From Rebecca billardiae RCC1528 (taxonomy: Eukaryota > Protista > Haptophyta), in the NCBI GenBank assembly GCA_965240325.2, contig OZ251225.1:3534001-3598000 (forward strand): a DNA stretch of 64,000 nucleotides. Reading direction: 5' to 3'. The notes beneath the pieces were generated by a model. That model saw only the letters and a list, made by a program, of their open reading frames with translations. It was not told the origin of the DNA and ran no database searches. Positions 31,801 through 38,203 of this stretch are shown here, one piece after another. The position numbers and the translations under genes are program-made. The number at the start of each line of letters is the position of its first letter. The first letter of the stretch is position 1.

Positions 31801-34800
31801 CGCGGCCGGCGCGCCCGCGCTGCGCCGCCTGCACGCGCGTGGCGGCGGCGCGCTGCGCGCGCGCGCGCGCCCTCCGCGCCTCGAGCTCGCGCGCGTCGGT
31901 GAGCAGCTGCTCGTGCCGCTCCCTGCGCGGGTGCTCTCGCTGCGTGTGCACGCTGCCATCGGCCTGCGTGCGCGCGTACGCGCTGCCGCCCTTCGGAGCG
32001 TCCGGCGCGCGCGACCAGCCGTCGGGCAGCGGCGCGGCCGGGTCCTCCGCCTCACGTGCGGCGTGCGCCACCCACCACAGCCGCTCCGCCTCCGCCTCGC
32101 CGATGCCGAGCGCTTCGACGTACGGCGCGGCCGCCTTGCGCTCGGCGCGCGCGCGCGTCTTGGCGCGAGCGTTCCGCTGCAGGGTGAGCGCGGCGAACTG
32201 CCGTGCGCGGCGGCGGGTGGCCGCCTCGCGCGCGCGGCGGCCGCGCTCGGCGGCCTGGATGACCGGCGCCGCCTCGCGCCGCCGCGCCGCCGCTTGGCGC
32301 GCCGCGCGCCCGCGCGCCGCTGTCTGCACGCGCGTCGCGGCGCCGCGCTCGCGCGCGCGCTGCGCCTCGGCGCGCGCGGCCGCCGCCTTGGCCACGCCGA
32401 TGCGCGCGCGCGCCTGGATCACCGTGGCGGCCTCGTGCCTGCGCTGCAGCGCCGCCGCCTCCTCCGCCTTGGCCGCGTCGTACAGCGCGCGGTGCTCGAG
32501 CCAGACGGGGTGGTCCCACTGCGTGCTGCCGTCGATGGTGTTGTGGTAGTACGTGTCGCCCGTGTCCGGGTCGGACACCTGCTCCCAGCCGGGCGGCGGC
32601 GTCGTGTGCCGCGCGCGCTTCGCGATCCAGAACAGGTGCGGCTCGTCGGCCGGGATGCCGAGCCACGAGACGTACTGCTGCAGCACCACGGCCTCGCGCC
32701 GCCTGAAGAGCAGCGCGCGCCAGCTGCGCTGCAGCCGCCTCGCGTGGCCCGGCTTGGCTCGCTCGAGCGAGGCGAAGGCGCGCGCCTGCCGGCCGCGCGC
32801 GTGCCGCTGCACCACGACCGAGGCGGCGGCGAGCCGCGCGAGCCGCGCGCGGGTGAAGCGGCCGCGCTGCAGCGAGCCAATGCGCGAGGCCGCGTGCCGC
32901 GCGCGCGCGAGCTCGGCGCGCGGCGCCACGCCCGCGCCCACGCGCCCGAGCAGCGAGGCGGCGGCGTGCCGCTTCACGTGGTCGACGACGCGCGCGCCGA
33001 CCGACACCTCGCCCACGCGGATCGTGTAGATGTAGTCCTCGCCCAGCGACGTGTCGAACTCCATCAGCCGCGCGTGCACGCGCAGCTCGATCTCGACCGA
33101 GACGGGCACGCGCACAGCCACCGCGAGCGACTGGCGGCGCAGCGCCGCCACGCCCATCCGCCGGCGCACCGCTCGCCGCACGGAGACGGCGTCGACGCGC
33201 GGCCGCCGCCCCAGCGCGCCCGCCGCCCACGTGACGCCGGCGCGGCGGAGCGCGGCGGCGCGCGCCGCGGCGCGCGGCTTGCGCGCAAGGTAGGCGCGCG
33301 CGCGCGCCGCATCCCGCTCCCACGACTCGCCCGCGCTGCGCGCCGCCGAGGCGAACGAGACGAGATTGCGCCGCGCGCCCGCGGGGAAGGCGTAGCAGAT
33401 CAGCACGGACGTGGGCAGCGAGCCCGGGTGCGGAGGGGGCGGCGCGAGCGGCCACGCGCCACCGGGGGGCGGCGCGGGGTGCGGCTCGGCGAAGACCGAG
33501 CGCCACGCTCGTCCCGTGCGCTCGATGGCGCGCAGCCGCGCGCGCTCGCGCGCCCAGCGCGCCTCGGCCCACGCGTGCCGCGTGAGCACGCGCCGCTCGC
33601 GCGCCTGCCGCCGCAGCCGCTTGCGCTCAGCCGGGTGGAACTGCGGGTGCAGCCTGCGCCAGAAGAGCTGCAGCTGCACGAGCCGCGCGATCCGCGCGCT
33701 CGCCGGCGCGCGGATCGAGTTCACCAGCGCGCCCGCCGCGTAGCGACCGACGAGCGCGCCGCCGCCGCCGCCGCCGGTGTCGGCCCGCCCGCCGGCGCGC
33801 AGCGCGGCGAGCTCGCGCAGCCTGCCCTCCACGCCCGACTCGCGCACCTCCTGCATCCGCCGCTCGTCGCCGCTCGTGAGCGGGTCGGCGAGCACGTTCT
33901 GCAGAGCGGCGGACGCGTAGAACTGCACGCCCTCGTCGTCCGAGTGCACCAGCCGCAGCAGCAGCTCAAAGCAGCGCGTCGGCCGCACGAGGTCGTCGCC
34001 GCCGTAGTTCACGGCGTTGGTCACGACGGCGAGGCCGGCGCACAGGATCGTGGGCTCGGCGTGCGCGGCGTGCACGTCGAGCAGGTCGACGAGCGGGCCC
34101 ATCAGCTCGATCGCGCGCATGATGGCGACGACGTGCGCGCCCCAGCTCGCGCCCGCGACGAGGTGGCCGAGCTCGACGATCACGGCGCCGATCTCCTCGA
34201 GCAGCAGCTGCAGCGGCGCGCGGCCCGAGCGCGCGCGCACGAGCTTGTGCGACGCGTCGGCGGCGAGCTGGATCGCGTCGGCGTGCGCGAGGAGCGTGGC
34301 GTACAGCCGCTCGAACGCGAGCTCGCCCGCCAGCCGGCGCGCGAGCACCATGCGCCACACCGCCTGGATGCGCGTGGCCGCGGCCGCCATCTCCTCCGCG
34401 CTGTGCGGCGGCGGCGCGGGCGGCTCGGGCGGCATCGGCGGCAGCGGCGGCGGCGCCTCGGCGACCGAGCGCGGTGGCCCGGTGGGCTGCGACGAGCGCC
34501 GCCCGCTGGCCGGCGGCGCCGGCCCGCGCGCCGAGCGCAGCCGGTTGAAGATGGATGCTGGGCGGGCGGTCTTCCACCCGCCAGAGGATCGCGCGGGCTG
34601 GCGGCGCTCGGGGGCGGAGCCGCGGTCCGACGCGCGCAGGTCGTCCGGCTCGTCGTCCGCCTGGCCGTGCTGCAGCAGCTCCTGCGCGCGCGCGAGCGCC
34701 GCGCGCGCGGCCTCGGCCGTGCGCGCGTCCGCCGCGCCCTGCGCCGTCAGTCTCTCCAGCGCGGTGTGCGCGCCTGCGCGCACGAGCTGCTGCGCGTGCC

Positions 34801-35500
34801 GCGAGGATTTGAGCATGTTCTGCAGGCCGGCGGCCGCGAGGTACCGCGCCACCTCGTCGGACGAGGAGAGCGACTCGAGCACCAGCGTGAAGCCGCCGTT
34901 CTTGTGCACCTCCCTCCGCGCGCCCATGCCCGCGAGGTTGCAGATCAGCGCGAGCCCGGCGCGCGTCAGCTTGCGCTGCGGCTCGAGGTGCGACTCGTTC
35001 GCCGCCGCGCGCGTGAAGAGCACGATGGGCTCGACGATATGCGCGTCCAAAATCGTCGTGATGGCCTGCGCGGCGCGGAACGCGCGCGGCACGGACGCGG
35101 GCCGGGGCGGCGCGCGAGGGGAGCGCTCAGCGCACACTCGGCGCGAGCCGGGCGCGGCCGCGCGCCGCGCGCAGCGCGAGACAAGGGCGGCATGGCGCGG
35201 GGCGGTGGGCGCCCGCGCAGCACGGGGTGGTAGACCACACTCCGACGCGCCGCGTCGTGCCGCGCGCACCTGGCTCGCCGGCTCGCCCTCGAGCCCGCTG
35301 AGCGTGCTCGTGAGCTCGCGGATCACCCGCTCGACATCGGCCGGGCTCGAGCGGCGGGAGGCGACGAGATCAACGAGCTCGGCGCACTGCCTCGCGACGG
35401 TGACAGGCGAGTATGCCGGGCTTCGGCTCGCGGAGCTAGGCTCGACAGGCCCGCGAGAGCCCCGCGAGCCCCGGCGAGTTGTTGTTTCGGCTGCCATCAT
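19868..35500 (-). CDS. Giant (~5,140 aa) protein: ARM-like repeats, ~12 IQ motifs, four CEP164-type WW modules, very long Ala/Glu/Lys helical rod, Pro-rich disordered tail; probable intron 35066-35269
   Basis: Uninterrupted 15.6-kb frame from MMAAETT (ATG 35500). WW domains such as PPGWEQVSDPDTGDTYYHNTIDGSTQWDHP; IQ motifs such as TRIQAVWRMVLARR and RVQAAARGRQAR; ARM-like YLAAAGLQNM and FYASAALQNV. A CAG|GTGCGC...GCGCAG|GCC segment interrupts otherwise ordered sequence. Confidence 0.85.
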   Translation of the reverse strand: MMAAETTTRRGSRGSRGPVEPSSASRSPAYSPVTVARQCAELVDLVASRRSSPADVERVIRELTSTLSGLEGEPASQVRAARRGASECGLPPRAARAPTAPRHAALVSRCARRAAAPGSRRVCAERSPRAPPRPASVPRAFRAAQAITTILDAHIVEPIVLFTRAAANESHLEPQRKLTRAGLALICNLAGMGARREVHKNGGFTLVLESLSSSDEVARYLAAAGLQNMLKSSRHAQQLVRAGAHTALERLTAQGAADARTAEAARAALARAQELLQHGQADDEPDDLRASDRGSAPERRQPARSSGGWKTARPASIFNRLRSARGPAPPASGRRSSQPTGPPRSVAEAPPPLPPMPPEPPAPPPHSAEEMAAAATRIQAVWRMVLARRLAGELAFERLYATLLAHADAIQLAADASHKLVRARSGRAPLQLLLEEIGAVIVELGHLVAGASWGAHVVAIMRAIELMGPLVDLLDVHAAHAEPTILCAGLAVVTNAVNYGGDDLVRPTRCFELLLRLVHSDDEGVQFYASAALQNVLADPLTSGDERRMQEVRESGVEGRLRELAALRAGGRADTGGGGGGALVGRYAAGALVNSIRAPASARIARLVQLQLFWRRLHPQFHPAERKRLRRQARERRVLTRHAWAEARWARERARLRAIERTGRAWRSVFAEPHPAPPPGGAWPLAPPPPHPGSLPTSVLICYAFPAGARRNLVSFASAARSAGESWERDAARARAYLARKPRAAARAAALRRAGVTWAAGALGRRPRVDAVSVRRAVRRRMGVAALRRQSLAVAVRVPVSVEIELRVHARLMEFDTSLGEDYIYTIRVGEVSVGARVVDHVKRHAAASLLGRVGAGVAPRAELARARHAASRIGSLQRGRFTRARLARLAAASVVVQRHARGRQARAFASLERAKPGHARRLQRSWRALLFRRREAVVLQQYVSWLGIPADEPHLFWIAKRARHTTPPPGWEQVSDPDTGDTYYHNTIDGSTQWDHPVWLEHRALYDAAKAEEAAALQRRHEAATVIQARARIGVAKAAAARAEAQRARERGAATRVQTAARGRAARQAAARRREAAPVIQAAERGRRAREAATRRRARQFAALTLQRNARAKTRARAERKAAAPYVEALGIGEAEAERLWWVAHAAREAEDPAAPLPDGWSRAPDAPKGGSAYARTQADGSVHTQREHPRRERHEQLLTDARELEARRARARAQRAAATRVQAAQRGRAGRARAGRERAAIAAGGSEVLEYALWLGIEEPEFYWVAKKALDTPMPEGWEEVLDEGSGEAYYHHALDGRTQWDHPVWVEHRALYEAAKAEAADTSSKSAAARIQAAHRGRVAREHARVARATRQRSLDPAQHGAAARVQAAARGRQARTARTREAQRGAAVRMQAAARGRAARAADAREREADVEYAEWLGIPPAERHRFQWLTRRARLAPMPEGWQEVADSATGEAYYHNALDGSTQWDHPVWVEHRALYEAEKAKDAPNADTARAASTEQPVAAEADAAARAAASAAKTASAAPAAEAGASAAAMPSAGDGVASPAVPSAAPAATDARPTPAAPGEATGDAPAAVAAPAASPAGGAAPAADAGEDGAVAHAPAAAAVPAVGVDAPAAAPVAPAADSASSPSHLELASAPPLEGATAAHPPAAARSEAPQGADGPLPADPSAAGSVGASDGEAQHESSAAAEAKRKAEEEAAAAAAAEAKRKAEEEAAAAAAAEAKRKAEEEAAAAAQATRKAEEEAAAAATAAAEAEAEARRKAEEEAAAAAAAAAEAEAAAEAKRKAEEEAAAAAAAEATRKAEEEAAAVAAAAAEAEAKRKAEEEAAAAAAAAAEAAAAAEAKRKAEEEAAAAAAAAAEAAAAAEAKRKAEEEAAAAAAAAAEAEAEAKRKAEEEAAAAAAAEAKRKAEEEAAAAAAAAAAAAAEAEAKRKAEEEAAAAAAAAAAEAERKQQEEAAAVAADAEAERKREGEAAAAAAAAAAEEKQQAAAAAAAAAAAAEAERKQQEEVAAAAAAAAAEAQKKQEVAAAAAVAAASAADAEQKQQAEAAAAAAAAAAAEAERKQQEAAAAAAAAAAEAERMLQEAAAAKAAAEAAAEAERMQQEAAAAVAAAAAAEAERKQQEAAAAAAAEARRKQQEEAAAAAAAAAAEEERKRQGEAAAAAAAEAQRTQQAADAAAAAAAAADEAQKQQAEADAAAAAAAAAEAERKQHEVAAAAAAAAAEAERMLAEAAAATAAAEAAAEAERKQQEAAAAAAAVKAAEAERKEQEAAAAAAAAAEAQLEAAAAAAATAAAEAERKQQEEAAAAAAAAEAERKRQGEAAAAAVAAEAESKQQAAAEAAAAASAAEAQRKQEEEAAAAAAATAAEAARTQQEAAAAAAAAATADAESKQQAERIAAAAAAAAAEAERLKQDAAAAAAAATAEAERMIAQAAAATAAADAAAEAELKHQEAAAAKAAAAAAEAERKQQEAAAAAAAEARRKQQEEAAAAAAAAAAEAERKRQGEAAAAAAAEAQRTQQAADAAAAAAAAADEAQKQQAEADAAAAAAAAAEAERKQHEAAAAAAAAAAEAERMLAEAAAATAAAEAAAEAERKQQEAAAAAAAAEAERKQQEAAAAAAADTKRKQAEEAVAAAAAAEAERKQQEEAAAAATAAAEAQRQQKEAEAAAAAAAAADAQQKLQAEAAAAAAATKAAWAERMKQDAERTAAAAAAEAERMLAEAAAATAAAEAAAEAERKQQQAAAATAAAPAAEAQRKAEEEAAAAAAAEAKRKAEEVAAAAAAAEAKRKAEEEAAAAAAAAAEAEAEAKRKAEEEAAAAAAAEAKRKAEEEAAAAAAAEAKRKAEEEAAAAAAAEAKRKAEEEAAAAAEAERKAEEEAAAAAAAEAKRKAEEEAAAAAAAKAKRKAEEEAAAAAAEAKRKAEEEAAAAAAAEAKRKAEEEAAAAAAAAAAAEAEAEAKRKAEEEAAAAAAAEAKRKAEEEAAAAAAAEAKRKAEEEAAAAAAAAAEAEAEAKRKAEEEAAAAASAAAEAEAEAKRKAEEEAAAAAAAEAKRKAEEEAAAAAAAEAKRKAEEEAAAAAAAEAKRKAEEEAAAAAAAAAEAEAEAKRKAEEEAAAAAAVEAKRKAEEEAAAAAEAKRKAEEEAAAAAEAKRKAEEEAAAAVGGATVAEGKQQQEGAGGSERNQPASPAVAEADQPQPDVVAAPAAAPGQPQAAPPSTTAPPPAVQSRRNSAQTASYAFPGPKPAEPPPSSAAPSATTAAAPPESATAQATQPASYAFPGPIPDAPLSSAAPAETAAAAASAPAAAQPSQQVEADAAAADATSQAAKPEPDDSAATAPNEGSAEAAAERRRIEKQASKERRRLKRSESIEKASAAAAAAEAARKLAAAEAAAAAAAEAERLIAEAEAAEAEAAEEERKQQQAAAAAAAAAEAERRQQQVEAEAAAVAEAKRKAEEEAAAMAEAKRKAEEEAAAAAQATRKAEEEAAAAAAAEAKRRAEEEAAAAAAAEAEAKRKAEEEAAAAAAAEAKRKAEEEAAAAAAAEAKRKAEEEAAAAAAAAAEAEAEAKRKAEEEAAAAAAAEAKRKAEEEAAAAAAAEAKRKAEEEAAAAAAAEAKRKAEEEAAAAAAAAAAAAAEAKRKAEEEAAAAAAAAAEAEAEAKRKAEEEAAAVAEAKRKAEEEAAAAAEAKRKAEEQAAAAAAAEAKRKAEEEAAAMAEAKRKAEEEAAAATQATRKAEEEAAAAAAGEAKRKAEEEAAAVAAAEASRQQQEAAAAAAGPARLSLGAGQPRTGSARRHAEQRSAAASAANAARAAAEAVDAARAIEARKKEEAAQVRARVEAEAARQRREAELATAEAVTIAQQLRAERKARESLDRDAAARLADAEEARARREAAIALADSTRATAQQQHSEAAAGEAERRRAEAEAASRAAAEAERQQEAARAKAAAAAEAERKRAAEAAAAEAAAEAARLAMEREAAEAAKREAARQQAEEEEAKAAAAAAAERARLEADAAKAAAAFEAQVRRERAEAAAAAEAATRAREAAAAALARREAAVAQAQAAREAAQREASEAATAEAERRRAEAEAAARAAAEAERAQARAVEREVMANERRTEWEEQASLLAEQMAAARSDAEAARSRFRAARAAPDERAQQQPAPRAPPARAGKAPQQPSAAAAEARAEEKRRVAEEKQRAEEAAMLALVHEEVQKALYRTGGAPPTAEQRVRVAPPTPTGATPGSAVPSFLAARPPPAVLSSIMAKAPPPVQRVRMALPAAEGEAPAPQPAPQPAPQPAAHSAELTAVPPPAFSAAHRVPARGTSPTAAAEGGARVSPPAVPDAPPALGASGPAALSDAAAALLSRPTPLGRANALAPQPQLAALGAELAANGQRARPQLGPLPASVEASRARSVAPSADAPSARAALAIAAPQLHVAQLQDAAEPEHSPVGVRGLLRARRDSAASQQSHQAYTTAFEEESVASLPLRESLRESSRREGRDERAEADDPTPLFGHGRARLPMQLPARDADGAAPAARAGGPGTFSDESFRRARSPVPFGGSSEELLPPEPTTPPQLPVELNEPVAPAPPSFKKPRQPTDKKRLGGSGAFHGAHSRLQPVPGSIELEEGRNSSYWGDSGEEEEEAEEIFGRRELIEGGELLELLSDEASGNALMAARVASHVERVSSRPTTAVRAEREARERMARGEQPRAPRRGSAGREGPLQVVTPQRQPPPPPPPKAEPGASGGGGGGPRPLQELPAPPPPPPRRELGMVSPLAPSEAAIASANSRLDAASAEANAARAAGSGAVPRGQSMPRAVAHSPTTPTPPPPPGGKSSKKGGTRVVRARANDAEGEQAGADGGAAGQGGAVTTARSAVRATPRRAQASLMAGGSEGPDGRRSAARSRPGLERPLGSRGLDARFDDGELGQLSSISQWDGEDVDFDSEGKRQPPSPDRSPSRGAPPPPPRPPPSAPTTPGPPPAMSGWQDADSPRGGGAARPGLSSRARPGTKQRASMVLLDAEDDFGDDSGLSNHNRAGSRPTSRGGGASLADPARQAASGGSVGATLHAASRAVNGWMSAAEQGAAAKAAAADARASPVPHLTSRSIRVSAEQEGREPSPLVHQPGARTLYTPASQQHSPSPKASRLSHGDDQPLPTPDTDAIPPAAPPRLRPGSRPGTASKLRQSHGADEDVLAKRLAQMRTDPAGWARRVVGNRDATADD
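23090..30425 (-). repeat. Coding low-complexity repeat array (EAKRKAEEEAAAAAAA / EAERKQQEAAAAAAA) with internal block duplications
   Basis: Dozens of GCCTTGCGCTTGGCCTCGGC..GCTGCCGCCTCCTCCTC units on the + strand. A block near 27700-28110 recurs about 1 kb away near 28740-29150. Confidence 0.92.
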
Positions 35501-36047
35501 GGCGGCCTCCCGCGGAGCCGGGTGGCTCTCACCCAACAGACGGCCGGGAACAACGACGCGGGTCGCTGACTATGATAATGGCAAGTGGACGTGAGTATAA
35601 AAGTAAAGCCGCTCCGTAAGCTCTTGGGTACGCTCGTGATTAATGGGCGGTATTTTGGGAGCGATCTCCGCTAGGCGTCCAGCCAATCTCGATTTCCCGT
35701 TTTTGTTTGCATCTCGCTTCGTCGCGCGCGGATTTTGTAACGTCATGTACTTGATGACGATGTAAACCACAGCGGTTTAGTGACCCTTCAGGTACTGAGA
35801 CAGTCACAGCAGTTCTCTAAGAAGCATCTAGCATCTAGACCTGTCCTATCGCACTCCTACTGCGCGGCGCTTGCCCGTGCTGCGGAGTCAGGAGTGCCCA
35901 TCGATTTCGGTGAGATCGTCCAGTGCCCGTGGGCAGTGGCAGATGCGGCCGCGCTGCCACAATCGGGCGCTTGGCGCGCTCGCCATCCGTAAGTGCGCCG
36001 GCTGGCGACAGACAGTTCACACTCCCGGCACGGAATCTGTCGGCGGA

Positions 36048-37535
36048 TCAGCCCGAGCCGTGCTGGGCGCGGCGGATGCCCACCTCCGCCTCCTGGGCCG
36101 TGGTGTGCCTGCCTGCGAGCTGCTGCTCGAGCAGGCGCGCCTTTGCGTACACCGCCTCGCGCGTGATCGTGCCGCCGACCAGCGTCCGGTCCGCGCTCGC
36201 CGCGCCGGCGGCGCGGCCGTGCAGCACCCGCCAGTTGTTCATCACGAGGAAGCGCCCCTTCTTCATCTCGAGCCGGCGCTGGAACCGAGGCGAGTGCGCG
36301 AGCTCGACGTACCGATGGAACGCCGCGTACCACTGCGGCAGCACGTCGTACGGCAGCGTGAGCGGCATGCGGAAGACCTCGTTGTACTGCACGCGCACGA
36401 GCGCGCCCGTGCGGTCGGTCTGCAGCAGCCGCGGCTGCGTCGAGACGAGGCCGGAGCGGGTGAGCGTCTGCGCCGCGTCGACCCGGCTGGCCAGCAAGTC
36501 GCGCTCCGCGTCCCAGCCGTACTCGCACAGCAGCCTGAACCCCTCCGGGTCCTCCGCGCGCAGCGCCTCGGCGACCGCGAAGCCGTCGGCGAGCGTGTTG
36601 GCGCCCGAGCCCTGCGCGTAGTGCATGCACAGCACGAGCCCGACCGCGCCGTGCGGCGGCTGCGATTGGTCGGTGTGCAGGTTGAGCTCCTTGAGATGGT
36701 CGTACGAGATGGACGTCGCGCCCGCCTTCTTCGTGATCTTCCAGTTCGGCTCGTCGCGCGACGGGTCCTTCTGCAGACCGCCCAGCACCTCGTCCGTGAA
36801 CGCGTGCAGCGCCGGGACGCCCGGCGTAGGGCAGCCGTCCACCACGACCGCGCCGATGCGCAGGAGGTCCTTGAGCGCGGCGAGCTGGACCTCGGGCTTG
36901 GACATGATCTCCTCGTACTCGCACGTCGGGAACGCCACCCCGTCCGCCTCCCACAGCGCCATCTGCTCCGCGCGCGGCGCGGGCGCGTCCGGAAAGCCCG
37001 AGTAGGGCGCGAGCCACGAGAGATCGGGCACGCCGTCGTCGACCGCGGGGGCCTTCTCGAGAGGGAGCGCGACCGCGTCGGCGTAGGAGCGGAGGAACCT
37101 CGCGGAGAAGGTGCTCGCCGCCGTCGTCGACACGTCGTCGTTCCACCACAGCTTGAGCTCCGACCCCGCGTCATCGAGCTCGGCGCCGACCGCCTGCAGG
37201 CCGGCCGGAGAGAAGCCGTCGGGCCCCACGGGCGAGACGGTCAGGATGCGCTCGCCCGACACGTCGTCGACGTGGGCACTGTCGCGGCACGCGTCGCGCA
37301 GCCACAGCGCGTGGAAGCGGTACGCGCTGCCATCCGAGAAGCCCACGTCGACGTGGTCGCCCGCAGCTCGCGTCATCGCGGCGAAGCGCACACTGCTCGC
37401 TCCCACCGCCGCCGTCGCGGGGCCGGGTTGAGTGGCCGTCATGGCGATGCGGTGCAGGGCCTTCGGCGGCGTGGCGCCCATCATTTGGCCCTGAAGCCCG
37501 AGGACGCAACTCACGAGAGCGACGGAGACCACCAT
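36048..37535 (-). CDS. Fe(II)/2-oxoglutarate dioxygenase, TauD/gamma-butyrobetaine hydroxylase (BBOX/TMLD-like) family, with N-terminal targeting peptide
   Basis: N-terminal GBBH-like segment FSDGSAYRFHALWLRDACRD..LWWNDD; HxD motif LNLHTDQ; ANTLADGFAVAEALR; distal MNNWRVLHGR. Likely start MVVSVALVSCVLG at 37535 (start uncertain). Confidence 0.88.
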   Translation of the reverse strand: MVVSVALVSCVLGLQGQMMGATPPKALHRIAMTATQPGPATAAVGASSVRFAAMTRAAGDHVDVGFSDGSAYRFHALWLRDACRDSAHVDDVSGERILTVSPVGPDGFSPAGLQAVGAELDDAGSELKLWWNDDVSTTAASTFSARFLRSYADAVALPLEKAPAVDDGVPDLSWLAPYSGFPDAPAPRAEQMALWEADGVAFPTCEYEEIMSKPEVQLAALKDLLRIGAVVVDGCPTPGVPALHAFTDEVLGGLQKDPSRDEPNWKITKKAGATSISYDHLKELNLHTDQSQPPHGAVGLVLCMHYAQGSGANTLADGFAVAEALRAEDPEGFRLLCEYGWDAERDLLASRVDAAQTLTRSGLVSTQPRLLQTDRTGALVRVQYNEVFRMPLTLPYDVLPQWYAAFHRYVELAHSPRFQRRLEMKKGRFLVMNNWRVLHGRAAGAASADRTLVGGTITREAVYAKARLLEQQLAGRHTTAQEAEVGIRRAQHGSG

Positions 37536-38203
37536 GACGCCGGGAGCGACGTCACACCGCTTCACCCCGACTGCGCCAACCGGCAGCCCACTACAGTTTA
37601 CTAAGAATAAGAGCCACACCGTGAGCAACGCGGCAGCCATCGGATGCTGATCGTCATCGCGTGCACGGTTCAAAATAGAAATGAGAGCAGCTACAGGACG
37701 CATCAGCCTCTCGGCTCCTCTCTACCAGGGTCAAGGCGCAGCGCGTTGCTACTCCAGCGGCGTCAGCACGCACACACACCTACTTTCGGGCGTGCAACGG
37801 GCAGCAAGTGCAAGCTGTCGCGTTTTACTGCCGTGCAGACCGCGCGTCGAGGACAAGGTGGCAGAGACGTCAGACGACGGATGACAGCATGCCGAAGCGG
37901 CACATGCCCTTTCAATTGGTGTCTACTTGCCCGGCATCCACCCCGACGGACGATCTGGCGATGACGCCGGGACTTTGAGCGCTCACAGTAGGCGAGGTGC
38001 GTGGGGCGACGAACCAGGCGCCCGACTGGGAAAGCGAAAAGCTGGGGCACAACCTTGCCTGATGAACCCTCTTCCGTCACTTGCCGCCGCCCGCCGAATA
38101 GATTAATAAGGTAATAACTGTGCTTCGACTCCTTCATCATCAGAAAGCACAGAAAGCACTGCCACCAACCCTGGCGAGCCAGCTGCGCAAGCGGCGCTAC
38201 CGG

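Noticed and set aside
21692-35233. 4513-aa + strand ORF (and similar long antisense/alternate-frame ORFs at 10793-13990, 11013-15011, 35871-37604, 16803-18554)
   Set aside because: These are shadows of real genes. Extreme GC3 bias removes stops on the opposite strand, and the translations are Arg/Gly/Leu low-complexity with no motifs.
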